Positions 46,220 to 58,365 of a stretch of DNA of 64,000 bases are shown in pieces (the first letter of the stretch is position 1; every line of letters starts with the position of its first letter). Source of the stretch: Macrostomum hystrix (taxonomy: Eukaryota; Animalia; Platyhelminthes). The notes under the pieces were generated by a model, which was not told the DNA's origin, ran no database searches, and saw nothing but the letters and a program-made list of their open reading frames with translations. The DNA lies in the NCBI GenBank assembly GCA_950097015.1, contig CATNEN010000001.1, positions 14,880,001-14,944,000 on the forward strand. Direction: 5' to 3'. The position numbers and the translations under genes are program-made.

Positions 46220-47139
46220 TAGTCTAACAAAAATAAAAATAACTAATAATTGACAGTTTATAGGCCTACTTTTCATTATTACTCTATAGGTTTTACTCTA
46301 AACTAAGAATAAAGTATTAGAGCAGAAAAATTATTCCTTAGAAACAGCATTACAATATAATATTAGGCCTAACTAATCATATACAATATGATAAAAAATA
46401 TAATTTCTTAATCAGAAAACTGAATTTTTTAGTTGGCATCTGTAGGGCCTATAGCAGCATAACAATCACTTTTTAGGTATGAACTTTCAGATGAAATAAA
46501 ATAAATAAATTAAAACATTTCTGATTTCCTGGATCTGGAGCACTAGGGCCTAACAGTTTGACCTGTAGTTTTTTGTAAACTGTACACATCAGCAACTATA
46601 AATCAAGTCAACACTAGGCCTAGTTTCCATTGATAGTTGAGGAACTAACCTAACTTTAACTTTAAGCTTTGGCTAGATAGATAACAAAGTGTCCAATATG
46701 CTAAGTTTATGACAAAAGTGTAAGAAAACAAAGAAGCAGATGACAGTGTCCAAGAAGCTGTGAATGTGATAGGCCCTAGTGGTGGTACTACTTCATGTTT
46801 ATGAGCCTTCGAGTTGGATATTAATAACAATAGGCAAATAGCAATATGAACTTAACTATAACTGAGAATCATCAAATTAGCTTGATTATCTTATTAGCTT
46901 AACAGTTTTATTACTGGCAATTCTATGAATGGTCATTCACTGCTAATATTAAGCAGCCAGCCAAGCCTTGACAGGCATCTATATATTTGTTGGAATAGAA
47001 TTCTAATCTTGTTCCACTTCCAGTCATTCCTGCGAATTCCAGCCTCCAATTCTTTGGTTAGGCCTATAACTTATAGGGGCATATTAACTTATCAATTACT
47101 GCAGTCCAGTCTAAGGTTTCTAATCGAAAGAATAATTAA

Positions 47140-47340
47140 ATATATTATTAAAAAAGCACCGCACATAGAGCGTCGAAGACGGATAAATGTACAGACCAAT
47201 GCATTACAATTGCAGACACTTAATTTGCAAACGTAAGCAATTCGTACACTTTCGGATGTGCGTCTTTGTTTTTTGTTGACAGGCGGAAAACGTCTTAGGC
47301 GTTAGATTTTGCCCCCGTCCTTAATTCTGCAAAGCATTAT
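47140..47340. promoter_or_regulatory. Candidate bidirectional promoter between the CNC gene and NSUN6
   Basis: Local CpG-rich patch (includes ggcggaaaa) midway between divergent genes, with CpG-poor flanks. Inference only. Confidence 0.4.
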
Positions 47341-49173
47341 TTAATAATAATAAAATTAACTCCCACTGACTAGAAGCTCGTACTTTTTCAATGAACAAAA
47401 CTACACAGGTTTGTTAACAATTATTCTTTTTATAACTTGATTTAAAAATTACGAGCGTGAAATTCCAAGAAATCAAAACTTAAAATCAAGAACAAAAGCA
47501 GAAGTCATGTATGGCGTAATAATGTAATTAAAGAAATTCACGTGAATAAAATGTTAGGAATTTGTCGAGTATATTTTTACGATACTTTTTGCATCATGTG
47601 GTCTTAGGATTAATTCTCAATAAGTACTAAATTAGGAATTAAGTATGCATAAAACTTTGACATTTGTTGACATTAGTCACTATCGACAACGACAATAACA
47701 ACTACTTTTAATGAATGTGAATCAAAATGCAATATTGTGAATACTTCTTAATAACATACTTACGTGTAGATTCGAAAATAAAATTATATTATAGAATTTT
47801 GTTGTATTGTAATTATTTTTGCTACCACTGAGAAGAACAAACTGGTCAACTCCCAGCATTTTGTGGCCAACTATCTAAAGAAACAGACACTGATATATCA
47901 AAGTGACTAGTGCCATTTGGATTCAGCCTTTTCATAGACAATTTCTTATAACCCTACTTACATGTATTCAGCCTTTAATTTTAGTTTCTAACTCTAACCC
48001 ATCATGCCATTTCTTTCTATATATATTATTTAGGGTTAAAACAGTCTAATAGCTGTATTTTATCTAGGTTATTTTATGAATGTTGTTAGGCCCTTTCTTA
48101 AATAAAAAAACTCACTTTATCGCACTTTAAATTGACTTTGTCTTTAGAAACTATTCTAAAATCCCTTTTGTCCGGCTAGTTCATGGACTCTCTATATAAT
48201 TCTCTCACTTCATATGTATATATTCTTTATTTTGTTGGATATGCTAGATTTGCTAGATTCCTTCCAAATAAGGTAACGTTCTCACAAGTGTCTAAGCAGC
48301 AAGACACTTCTTCCCTTCTAATCACTCAAAGACTAGCTGGCTTTCTGGTTTTTCCAGTCTTTCAAGGCTTCAAAAGGATCAAAGTTGCCCAACTTTGTAC
48401 ATAGTGCTATTTTACCCACTGAATATATGCTTTATTTCTTGCTTAACTTTATTGCCTTTGAAATATATTATCTTCTTTATTTCTTACAAATTTTCACCGA
48501 CTTATATGATATCACTTACCTGCTTTTCTCTCTCCCTCTTTGAATAATAAGCTCTTAAACACTGTAAGAGCTTTTTACCTTTCAATTCTCTTCCTTTTAG
48601 GCACCAGGGAATGGGTGAAATTCTTGAAGCTAGTTTGCAGTTGTATTTATAGCAATTATTGGGTAGATGACATGGTGTAGTAAAACAGATAAAAATAGGA
48701 AAATGAGTTTGGCTAGACTTCAACTTTACAAAATTATTGTATATTATTGGGGGCCCGCATTATAAGTTTTATATGGCTAAAATTTTTATTTCTGAAAAAT
48801 CAATCATTTTATACATCTATTTATTCATTTAACATTTACATGATAGTACTGATGTTGACTTGTCCAACTTAGTTGGAATTTTTCTGTCTTATGATGGCTC
48901 TCAGCTTAGGTGAGAATTCTGAATTTTAATGCTGCTATCAGTCTGAAAGCAATGTTATATGTTGCTTTGATGACAATCCCTGAAATTGGTCACTAAAGTT
49001 CTGTTTGCACATAATTCAAATATGTTGAGGAAATAAGTGAAAGAGAGAAAGCTTGACTTATTTGAGAACCAGTTTTACTAAACTGATAGATACACAATAT
49101 AGGGGGAATGTATGGGGTGAATAAAAGATCTTACACATAACTAGTTACTTACTGATGCTAATGTGTATTTCAG

Positions 49174-52100
49174 CCAACCAGTCACAAAATCAAAATTGAG
49201 ACTAAATTCAATGAGTCAGTATACTGAAATCGACTTTATGCATTTTACCTCTGTAAGATTCAGAGGTGGGCAGTCATTTGATACCATTTTGCCTATTTTA
49301 AGGGAGACTATTGAAAGGGTAAGTTAGTTAGTTTTCTCATTTATAGCCAACTGGGATAATTTTGTTGTCCTTGTTGCAATGTGCATTGTCCTATTGTAGG
49401 AGTACAAAGCTAAAGGTGCTACAAAGTCTCCTAAAATGTTTCTGCATAACCAACTGCCAGAGGACACAATCATCATTGAAAATATCATTGTGCCTGAAGT
49501 GATGGTAAGAAATAGTTTTTGTGTTAATTAAAAGCTGGAAACTATTTATTAAAGTTTTTAGCATTTTACTTATAGTAGCACCGCGTAAATTTTTAGCTAT
49601 CTCAAAGTTATCCTCGTCTGTATGTTGACGCACTATGTGGTGTTTCTGTACTGCGGGGATCAGACATATTTGCATCAGGAGTTGTTGGTATTGAAACTGG
49701 TAAGATTTTGTTGGGTAGCTAGTCTTCATAGAAACAGCAAAATTGAAATTGTTTATCTGAGTAGAATGCTCGCATAGTTTTGAGTTCTCATATGATGACC
49801 CACCAATTTTTTGTGCTCAGCCGCAGCCAAGGGCTCCCCCGTGTCAGTTTTTGCTTGCCTGGACAAATTCACAGCCGGTTTCACGAAAGCTTACACTGGC
49901 AACTGTCGTTACCTTGGCAACGGCCTGCTAGTGATGGACAGAAAACAGCTGCTGGGTGACTTGCATGCTCACAGGTTTGTTCAGATTTAAATAGCATTTG
50001 CAAAATGGCGCATCCTACAGACACAAAATGGCCCATCCTACAGACACAAAATGGCCCATCCTACAGACACAAAATGGCGCATCCTACAGACACAAAATGG
50101 CGCATCCTACAGACACAAAATGGCACATCCTACAGACACAAAATGGCACATCCTACAGACACAAAATGGCACATCCTACAGACACAAAATGGCACATCCT
50201 ACAGACACAAAATGGCACATCCTACAGACACAAAATGGCCCATCCTACAGACACAAAATGGCGCATCCTACAGACACAAAATGGCACATCCTACAGACAC
50301 AAAATGGCGCATCCTACAGACACAAAATGGCACATCCTACAGACACAAAATGGCACATCCTACAGACACAAAATGGCACATCCTACAGACACAAAATGGC
50401 GCTTCCTACAGACACAAAATGGCCCATCCTACAGACACAAGATGGCACATCCTACAGACACAAAATGGCACATCCTACAGACACAAAATGGCGCTTCCTA
50501 CAGACACAAAATGGCCCATCCTACAGACACAAGATGGCACATCCTACAGACACAAAATGGCACATCCTACAGACACAAAATGGCACATCCTACAGACACA
50601 AAATGGCGCTTCCTACAGACACAAAATGGCCCATCCTACAGACACAAAATGGCGCATCCTACAGACACAAAATGGCACATCCTACAGACACAAAATGGCG
50701 CTTCCTACAGACACAAAATGGCCCATCCTACAGACACAAAATGGCCCATCCTACAGACACAAAATGGCACATCCTACAGACACAAAATGGCGCATCCTAC
50801 AGACACAAGATGGCACATCCTACAGACACAAAATGGCGCTTCCTACAGACACAAAATGGCCCATCCTACAGACACAAAATGGCCCATCCTACAGACACAA
50901 AATGGCACATCCTACAGACACAAGATGGCACATCCTACAGACACAAGATGGCACATCCTACAGACACAAAATGGCACATCCTACAGACACAAAATGGCGC
51001 ATCCTACAGACACAAAATGGCCCATCCTACAGACACAAAATGGCACATCCTACAGACACAAAATAGCGCATCCTACAGACACAAAATGGCGCATCCTACA
51101 GACACAAGATGGCGCTTCCTACAGACACAAAATGGCCCATCCTACAGACACAAAATGGCCCATCCTACAGACACAAGATGGCGCTTCCTACAGACACAAA
51201 ATGGCCCATCCTACAGACACAAGATGGCACATCCTACAGACACAAAATGGCCCATCCTACAGACACAAGATGGCACATCCTACAGACACAAAATGGCGCA
51301 TCCTACAAACCAAAACAGCGTATTTTGACAGTTCTCCCTTTCAACTATACACGCAGCGGCGTGGCAGTCCAGATGACGCAGCCGCTAGCCATCTGCCCCA
51401 GTTTCCAGTCGTTGCTGTTTCAGTCGGGCGCGCTGGTTGCTCAGAATCTGCCATCTTTAGTATGCGCTCGAGTCTTAGACGCCGCGCCCGGCCACACTGT
51501 GCTGGACATGTGCTCGGCTCCTGGCGGCAAGTCGCTTCACCTGGCTGACATCATGCGCCAGAAGGTTCGTCACGCCAGTTTTTCAGTCTGAGTCCAGTTG
51601 CTGCTTAGTCTGTTATTTATCCTACATACTCGCTAATTAGCGTGCAAAGATCCCAAAACTTCAGGCTGTAATCCCAGATCCCAAATCCTCAAGGCTGTAA
51701 TCCCAGATCCCACATCCTCAGGGCTTTAATCCCAGATTCCACATATTCAGGTTGTAATCCCAGATCCCACATCTTCAGGCTGTAATCCCAGATCCCACAT
51801 CCTCAGGCTGAAAATCCCAGATCCCACATCCTCAGGCTGTAATCCCAGATCCCACATCCTCAGGCTGTAATCCCAGATCCCACATCCTCAGGCTGTAATC
51901 CCAGATCCCACATCCTCAGGCTGTAATCCCAGATCCCACATCCTCAGGCTGAAAATCCCAGATCCCACATCCTCAGGCTGAAAATCCCAGATCCCACATC
52001 CTCAGGCTGTAATCCCAGATCCCACATCCTCAGGCTGTAATCCCAGATCCCACATCCTCAGGCTGTAATCCCAGATCCCACATCCTCAGGCTGTAATCCC

Positions 52101-53769
52101 AGATCCCACATCCTCAGGCTGTAATCCCAGATCCCACATCCTCAGGCTGTAATCCCAGATCCCACATCCTCAGGCTGTAATCCCAGATCCCACATCCTCA
52201 GGCTGTAATCCCAGATCCCACATCCTCAGGCTGTAATCCCAGATCCCACATCCTCAGGCTGTAATCCCAGATCCCACATCCTCAGGCTGTAATCCCAGAT
52301 CCCACATCCTCAGGCTGTAATCCCTAGTAACGGTACACCAATAAAACTGCAACACAAACTGTTTCAGGGCACACTAATTGCCGTGGACAAGTCAGCGAAG
52401 CGACTTCAATCAGTCCGAGATGTTGCTGCTAAGCTCGGCATTGTCACTGCTGATTCTGACAGTTTTTTGCGAATTTTCTGCTTCGACAGTTGTCGTCTGT
52501 GCGATCTAAATGGATCTGGTAAATTAATTTCATAATCAGACTAGCTACTGCTGCATGTGTACAGTAAGTAGTATAGTCAGCGAGTATTAAGTGCAATACG
52601 CATTTCAGACCCAGTGGGGTCGGACAGTCGGCCGCCATTTGGCCCGGCCAAGTTTGATCGGCTTCTCCTTGACGCCCCGTGCAGTGCCCTGGGCCAGAGG
52701 CCAAGGCTGCAGCCGAAACTGACCGCTACAGAAACTCACGCTGGCCCTAGCCAGCATTGCAGCAAGTCCGCCAAGCATTTAGACTCTTATGCGCCACTGC
52801 AGAGACGTCTGCTTCAACAGGTTAGTCGATTGTTTAAAATTTTAACTTCAACAGTTAGAGGGTCCCAGACGGTTAGAGGTTCTCGCGCCGGTGTCCCTGA
52901 GCTCGAGTTTATTCAGCCGTTTCCTTCCGTCGATTCCTGAGCTCCCCAGCCGTTTCCCTCAGTCGATTTCTGAGCTCCTCCGTCGTTTCCTTCCGTCGAT
53001 TCCTGCTCTCCTCAGCCGTTTTCTTCCGTCGACTCCTGCTCTCCTCAGCCGTTTTCTTCCGTCGATTCCTGCTCTCCTCAGCCGTTTTCTTCCGTCGACT
53101 CCTAAACTCCTCAGTCCATTCCCTCCGTCGATTCCTGAGCTCCTTAGTCGTTTCCTTCCATCGATTCCTGAACTCCTCAGCGTTTTCTTTCCGTCGATTC
53201 CTGAGCTCCTCAGTCGTTTGCTTCCTTCGATTCCTGAGCTCCTCAGTCGTTTCCTTCCGTCGATTCCTGAGCTCCTCAGTCGTTTCCTTCCATCGATTCC
53301 TGAACTCCTCAGCGTTTTCTTTCCGTCGATTCCTGAGCTCCTCAGTCGTTTGCTTCCTTCGATTCCTGAGCTCCTCAGTCGTTTCCTTCCGTCGATTCCT
53401 GAGCTCCTCAGTCGTTTCCTTCCGTCGATTTCTGAGCTCCTCAGCTGTTTCCTCACGCAGGCCATTCAGCTGGTCAAGCCGGGTGGATTTCTAGTCTACA
53501 GCACGTGCACAACCCGAGCCCAAGAGAACGAAGATCAGGTGCTATGGGCGCTGAAGACCCACTGGCCAAGGCTGAGACTGGCTGAGCAGAAACCCAATCT
53601 GAGGCCATTTCCAATCGAGCAGCCTGACGGCTCTGTTGCTATGGTGCAGAAATTCGATTCGGAAATCAACTACCAAGCTACTATGAGTAGTACTGGCGAT
53701 GATGATTTTGACAGTGCCTGCAACTATGACACAATAGGGTTCTTCGTAGCCAAGTTTGCTGTTCAATAG
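49174..53769 (+). CDS. NSUN6: tRNA (cytosine-C5)-methyltransferase NSUN6 (5' end uncertain, probably further exons near 48240-48910)
   Basis: In-frame exons 49174-49318, 49400-49504, 49597-49699, 49821-49974, 51357-51564, 52368-52518, 52609-52820, 53461-53769. PUA domain (CGVSVLRGSDIFASGV; YLGNG), QNLPS, DMCSAPGGKS, DAPCSALGQRP, LVYSTCT, DTIGFFVAKF. Confidence 0.93.
50001..51308. repeat. Intronic 23 bp minisatellite (caaaatggcVcatcctacagaca), ~57 copies
   Basis: Fills the NSUN6 intron 49975-51356. Confidence 0.98.
51660..52324. repeat. Intronic 28 bp minisatellite (ggctgtaatcccagatcccacatcctca), ~23 copies
   Basis: Fills most of the NSUN6 intron 51565-52367. Confidence 0.97.
52900..53455. 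repeat. Intronic 33 bp minisatellite (ttccttccgtcgattcctgagctcctcagtcgt), ~16 copies
   Basis: The last degenerate unit merges into the acceptor cctcacgcag at 53460. Confidence 0.95.
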
Positions 53770-53979
53770 CTGTTTACGATTTATAATTCTACTGCTGAGG
53801 ACAGTTATTTGTGACTTATCTTTATAAATAATAAATATACTGATTTTAAAGTACTGTTCCTTAGTTTCTTTATTGAAATTTTTGTATTTTTTTTAGATAG
53901 TATTGAAGGTCATTAAAATCCAGAATCTGAGTTTAAATTGCACCGACTTAAAAAGAAAATAGCCTATAATTTGACAATA

Positions 53980-54088
53980 CTGGACCCGTATACCGAGAGA
54001 GGAGACAATTCTGCCCATTTCGCACTCATGTGTGTACATCTGACCTGTATTTCTCATTGTCAGGCAGAGTACAGTCTCGCTGCGTCCT
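53980..54088 (-). mobile_element. Diverged SINE family B fragment
   Basis: Reverse-complement match to the core (tttctcattgtcaggcagagtacagtctcgctg; acaattctgcccatt). Confidence 0.55.
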
Positions 54089-54129
54089 AAATTAGACAAA
54101 CGCGTTAATTTGATGCCAGGAATTTTAGC

Positions 54130-54450
54130 TGAGATAGCATATGGTCTTCAAAGGCATGTCTATGGTACAAACTGCCAGAGTTTGAACGCTCATAGGCTGA
54201 GATAGCTTGACAAAAGCTGCACTTAATGTTTCCATAACTCTGCATTGCTTCAGTTCACCCAGCTGTTAAATGGGTACCAGCATCAGCTGGGATAATTGAA
54301 GGTGGGTGTGGCGTCCCCCCAGTCCATGGACTGAACAGCTGTACGCAGCCTTCAGATGCGCCGCGCAATAGCTGCGGCTGTGCTGTCGGCTGCACATCTG
54401 GCCCGATTGGGGCAGGTGTAATCAATTATTATTATTATTATTATTATTAT
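54130..54450 (+). mobile_element. SINE family A copy with (ATT)n tail
   Basis: cattgcttcagttcacccagctgttaaatgggtaccagcatcagctggg...gctgtcggctgca, then an (att)n tail ending ~60 bp before the SLX4 ATG. Confidence 0.75.
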
Positions 54451-54510
54451 ATAACAGGATATAGAATTCGTGAGCCGGTAAAACACATTCGCCCACAATC
54501 TTCAGCTCGC

Positions 54511-56715
54511 ATGGAACCGCGCGCTATGTCACCAACGGAATTGAACAGCAAACCCGGACAACTCACAGCTGAGGGTCGTTGTCCGACCTGCAATCGGCTG
54601 CTGGCCACCTGGACTGAGGCTAGACGCAATCAGCACCTTGCTCGGTGCATTGACAAGGTCGCTGCGGCCAACGATCCAACGGCGCAGCGGCGTAGATCAA
54701 AGCGCTTGACTGGAGCGGCTAAAGAGCCGCGTCCTGAGCCGTCGTTGAAGTCCATCCTACGCCGGGCCGCTGACGAAGATCTGCAGACTGCCCTGGCTCT
54801 GTCTCGCAGCGCCGAGGCGGCTCGGAAGGCGGCCGCTCGCGAAGCCGAAGAAGCTCGCCGCGCTGTGGCCTCGGTGCCGTCGGTGTATCGCATCACACCC
54901 GAGGCGCGTCGCGAACGGCTTCTAGCCGCCGTGGCTCAAATTCTTCGTCCCTTGACTACCTCGGAGTCCAATGAAAAATTTGTCGGAGTAGTACGCAGCG
55001 ATCTCTGGCGTCTCACCTCTCTCCAGATGCAGCCGCTTAGGCGTTACCTTGTGCCCGATCTCCTGGTCCTTCTACCCGGTGTGGTGTCTTTAGCGAACAA
55101 ACTGAACGAATGCGACAACAAAGAAGAGAAAGCTGAAGCTAAAGACGCTGCTACTTCTGAAGTCGAACCGAACCTGAAGCCTGTCGAACCAGTTGCTGAT
55201 GTCGTTGAAATTGTCGAGGAATCGCCTGCTGATGATGAGTGCATAGTCTCCGTTGCCAATCAACCGCCTCCGGCAACGTCTATGGCAACAGCAGTTAGGG
55301 ATAGTTTAGCTTCTGATTATCTTTCGATGGTTGATAGTTCTGTGTGCGCTGATCTGCACTTCCTGACTGAGTCCGATGGCTTAATCACTCCGGCTCACAG
55401 ATTTGTCTTCGCCGCTCGCTGCTCTGCAACAAATTGTTTGCAAAGGTTCAACAAGGCGTTGGACAGTGAGGGGCGAGTTCTTCTGTCTAATGTGAGTAGG
55501 GCCGAATTGCTTTTGGCATTGCAATGCATTTACGGCGGTGTGGAAGAGCCTCAGTCGTGTGTTGCTAAGCAATTGTTGTCGTCTTGGCGTTTCGGCAGTT
55601 CTTCAGTAGAGAAAACTGAAACATCGACGAAAAAGCGAAGATCAGGCTCAGTCACTGACTGCGTGGAAACTTCCTACTCGCAATCTTCTCAAAAACGACC
55701 GCGACTTGACGTAGATCATCCTGATGATGTTTGTCAGAATTCCAACGAAGATTCTACGAAAGATGAAGATTCGTTTGGCTTGCTACCGGAGGTTATCGTG
55801 ATTGAAGACGATTGCACTCCAAACCAGCAGCAAATTGAACCTACAACTGAATCCATTCCTAAAGTAGTCGATAACGAGCCTCACAACGAACAAAAATCTG
55901 ACGCCAACAATAGCAGCTGCTGTGATCTGTTTGCTAATGTCGACGATTGCGACGAGTTTGACGTGGATGCTGTCGACGATGCGCCTGTTAACGAAGCCAA
56001 ATCAGACGATCAACAAGATGAGGCTGAAAACTATCCAGACAACGACCATCTTTCGGGCATTTCTGTGCCAGCTTGCGATCACCTGTACGAGGCGTCATTC
56101 TTTGATCAGCCATCGCCGATGCCTGAACCTCCGGCCTCTGAAACCTTGACCCCAGTTCCTGCTCCACAGACGCCCATCCCGCTGACCTCGGCATCCGTGC
56201 TGCTGAACGCTTCACGAACACCGACTTCATCAACAAATGATGCTCCAAAAGTTGCCGAGCCAAAATCGATTCCACCCCTTCTAACACCACTACCTCCTAG
56301 TCCTACGCTCGCGTCGAATAAGCAGACAGCGAAGCCGTCCCCACCGTCTCTGCGCTATCGTCGAGTATCTTCGCAACCGTTGCCAATGACGCCGAATCTA
56401 TTGCAGCCATCGTCTGGGCATGCATCGACTCAGCAAGTCTCAGAACAGAATCAGGAGAGGCAACAGGGTCAGCAGAAATTTCGTTTCAAAACCATTCGCG
56501 GAGGCGCCGGCGGTGGAGCTGGTCGAGGCAATCGAGGTCGTCAACGCTCGCCCTCGCCATTCACGCCTATGAGGGACTACGATGCGTCGACTACGCCCGA
56601 GCTGGCCGAATCCTTGCGCAAATACGGCGTTCGTCCATTGCCCAGACGGAAGGCTGTCCTGCTGTTGAAGGACATCTACAAACAGCTGCACCAGTACGAG
56701 AGTGGTCCTGAGTGA
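54511..56715 (+). CDS. SLX4: Structure-specific endonuclease scaffold SLX4 (UBZ-MLR-BTB-SAP), single ORF of 734 aa
   Basis: UBZ CPTC..RNQHLARC; MLR DEDLQTALALSRS; BTB LASDYLSMVDS..AHRFVFAARC; SIM-like VIVIED; SAP TPMRDYD..TPELAESLRKYGVRPLPRRKAVLLLKDIY. Confidence 0.88.
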   Translation: MEPRAMSPTELNSKPGQLTAEGRCPTCNRLLATWTEARRNQHLARCIDKVAAANDPTAQRRRSKRLTGAAKEPRPEPSLKSILRRAADEDLQTALALSRSAEAARKAAAREAEEARRAVASVPSVYRITPEARRERLLAAVAQILRPLTTSESNEKFVGVVRSDLWRLTSLQMQPLRRYLVPDLLVLLPGVVSLANKLNECDNKEEKAEAKDAATSEVEPNLKPVEPVADVVEIVEESPADDECIVSVANQPPPATSMATAVRDSLASDYLSMVDSSVCADLHFLTESDGLITPAHRFVFAARCSATNCLQRFNKALDSEGRVLLSNVSRAELLLALQCIYGGVEEPQSCVAKQLLSSWRFGSSSVEKTETSTKKRRSGSVTDCVETSYSQSSQKRPRLDVDHPDDVCQNSNEDSTKDEDSFGLLPEVIVIEDDCTPNQQQIEPTTESIPKVVDNEPHNEQKSDANNSSCCDLFANVDDCDEFDVDAVDDAPVNEAKSDDQQDEAENYPDNDHLSGISVPACDHLYEASFFDQPSPMPEPPASETLTPVPAPQTPIPLTSASVLLNASRTPTSSTNDAPKVAEPKSIPPLLTPLPPSPTLASNKQTAKPSPPSLRYRRVSSQPLPMTPNLLQPSSGHASTQQVSEQNQERQQGQQKFRFKTIRGGAGGGAGRGNRGRQRSPSPFTPMRDYDASTTPELAESLRKYGVRPLPRRKAVLLLKDIYKQLHQYESGPE

Positions 56716-57862
56716 CCTAGTTTGACATTGAATTATGTAACTGTAGAATTGGCTCTGCTTTTTACCAGTTTTTTCTTGTAAATAATCCAGCGATGTTGCT
56801 TTTCTGCTTGACTAGTTGTTATGTAATAAGAACTTTTAATGCTTTTAGTTTTATGTACTGTATGTTGTTTGGCTTGATTTATTTGCCGTGAAATCTAATA
56901 TGCCAAATTATATAATAAGATAATTGAAAACCTTACAGCTGCAGTTTTTGCGTTCGGCAGCAAGTTATCCGAAAAAAAATTCTAACATTTCCTATATGCA
57001 TTTTAATTATCCTAATTAATTTCTCGGTTTCTCGTTAAATCACTTACGAGTACTGCAGTGATATTAAAATAAGACTTCATAAAAAGATATAATAGATTTC
57101 GCATTTTGTTCTTTCGAAATTCCGCGACCCATTATAGCAGAAAGGATTGGTTTACAATTTTTACATCGCTTACTATTATTATTCGATTTAATTAAGCCAA
57201 TTAGCTCCTGGTCGATACCTTTTGGCAAACAGTTTCAGTGTTGGCCTTATGTCAATATCCTCGTAGATTAGAAGTTGTTTCATCCATCTAAAATTCTCAG
57301 TTGTGTTATTTGCTTATTAAACATTTCAGGTAACTGAACCCAGGCATGGATATTTTTCAGATAATAGTAGCTTGTTTCTCGGTTTTTTCTATTTGGCCTT
57401 ATTTGACACTGGCTGCAAAAAAGTGTGTTTTGCACGAGGCACCTGTGTGTTTGACTACATACTGAACTGTAATAAAAAATCTGCTGGAAAGTTATATTTA
57501 TATTGTTAGCCACAAAATTTTCACCTAAGTTAACATTTCGTTTCGTTATAGTTAATCTATGCAATGCTTTGAACCAGGGACTAGAATAAACCAATATATC
57601 AGCCGTAGAAGGGACATTTAAGATAAAAGGACACACGGTATGCAAGGTGAAAATAAGAGACTCCTGTAAAATAGTTAACTAAATTCCATATTTCAATGCT
57701 CAGAATCCAAAAAGAAACTAACAGAAATTAGTCCCAGCATTTTGATTCCAATATAGCGACCTCAGGGACCTTAATGCAATATTCTAGGACTATTGTGCAT
57801 CACGCACTTATTTATAAGTTGCGTCACTCGTAACGTTTTCGTGAAAGTTTTTTACTTTACAT

Positions 57863-58216
57863 GCCGGTGCGGGGTCAGTGGGAGAGTGGTTAACGCGTTT
57901 GCCTCTCGGGCCAAGGTCCCTGAGCGGCGAGACCATGATTGTTTGGGGCGCAGCCGTGTAGAGAAGGCTTGGGTGCTTGTCGTGTAATTTACGCCCAAAC
58001 TCCAAGGCACAGTGAGAGTGTACACTGCCTGACGATGAGAAAGTCAGGGCATATGTACACACCTGTGTGAGCTAGTGCCTGCGTACAGTATCTGTGTGCG
58101 TGTGTGCTCAGGAGTCAGCGAAATAGACAGACTTGCCTTCTCGCTGGCTGCGGGTCTAGTGTCACCAAATGATGTGCCATTGCCCGCAGATCTTCTCGTG
58201 CAAATTATTATTATTA
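57863..58216 (+). mobile_element. Full-length tRNA-headed SINE, family B
   Basis: tRNA-like head (gtgggagagtggttaacgcg), shared body, (ATT)n tail, possible TSD ttacat. At least four other partial copies in the window. Confidence 0.8.
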
Positions 58217-58365
58217 CATTGCATTACGAACTTAATGCTTTTCTATGCTATGTTATTAACTACGAGTATTATAATAGATAAAAGTAGCAATTTCAGCAAA
58301 AAATGTAGTTAGTTAAATATGATCGGGGCACTAGAATATTACTATTTCTCAATCGATCAAATCGA

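Noticed and set aside
58022-58052. Hammerhead ribozyme (CTGACGA...GAAA) in SINE B
   Set aside because: Only 2-3 nt separate the two core motifs, so there is no stem II, and CTGAC pairs with the downstream GTCAG.
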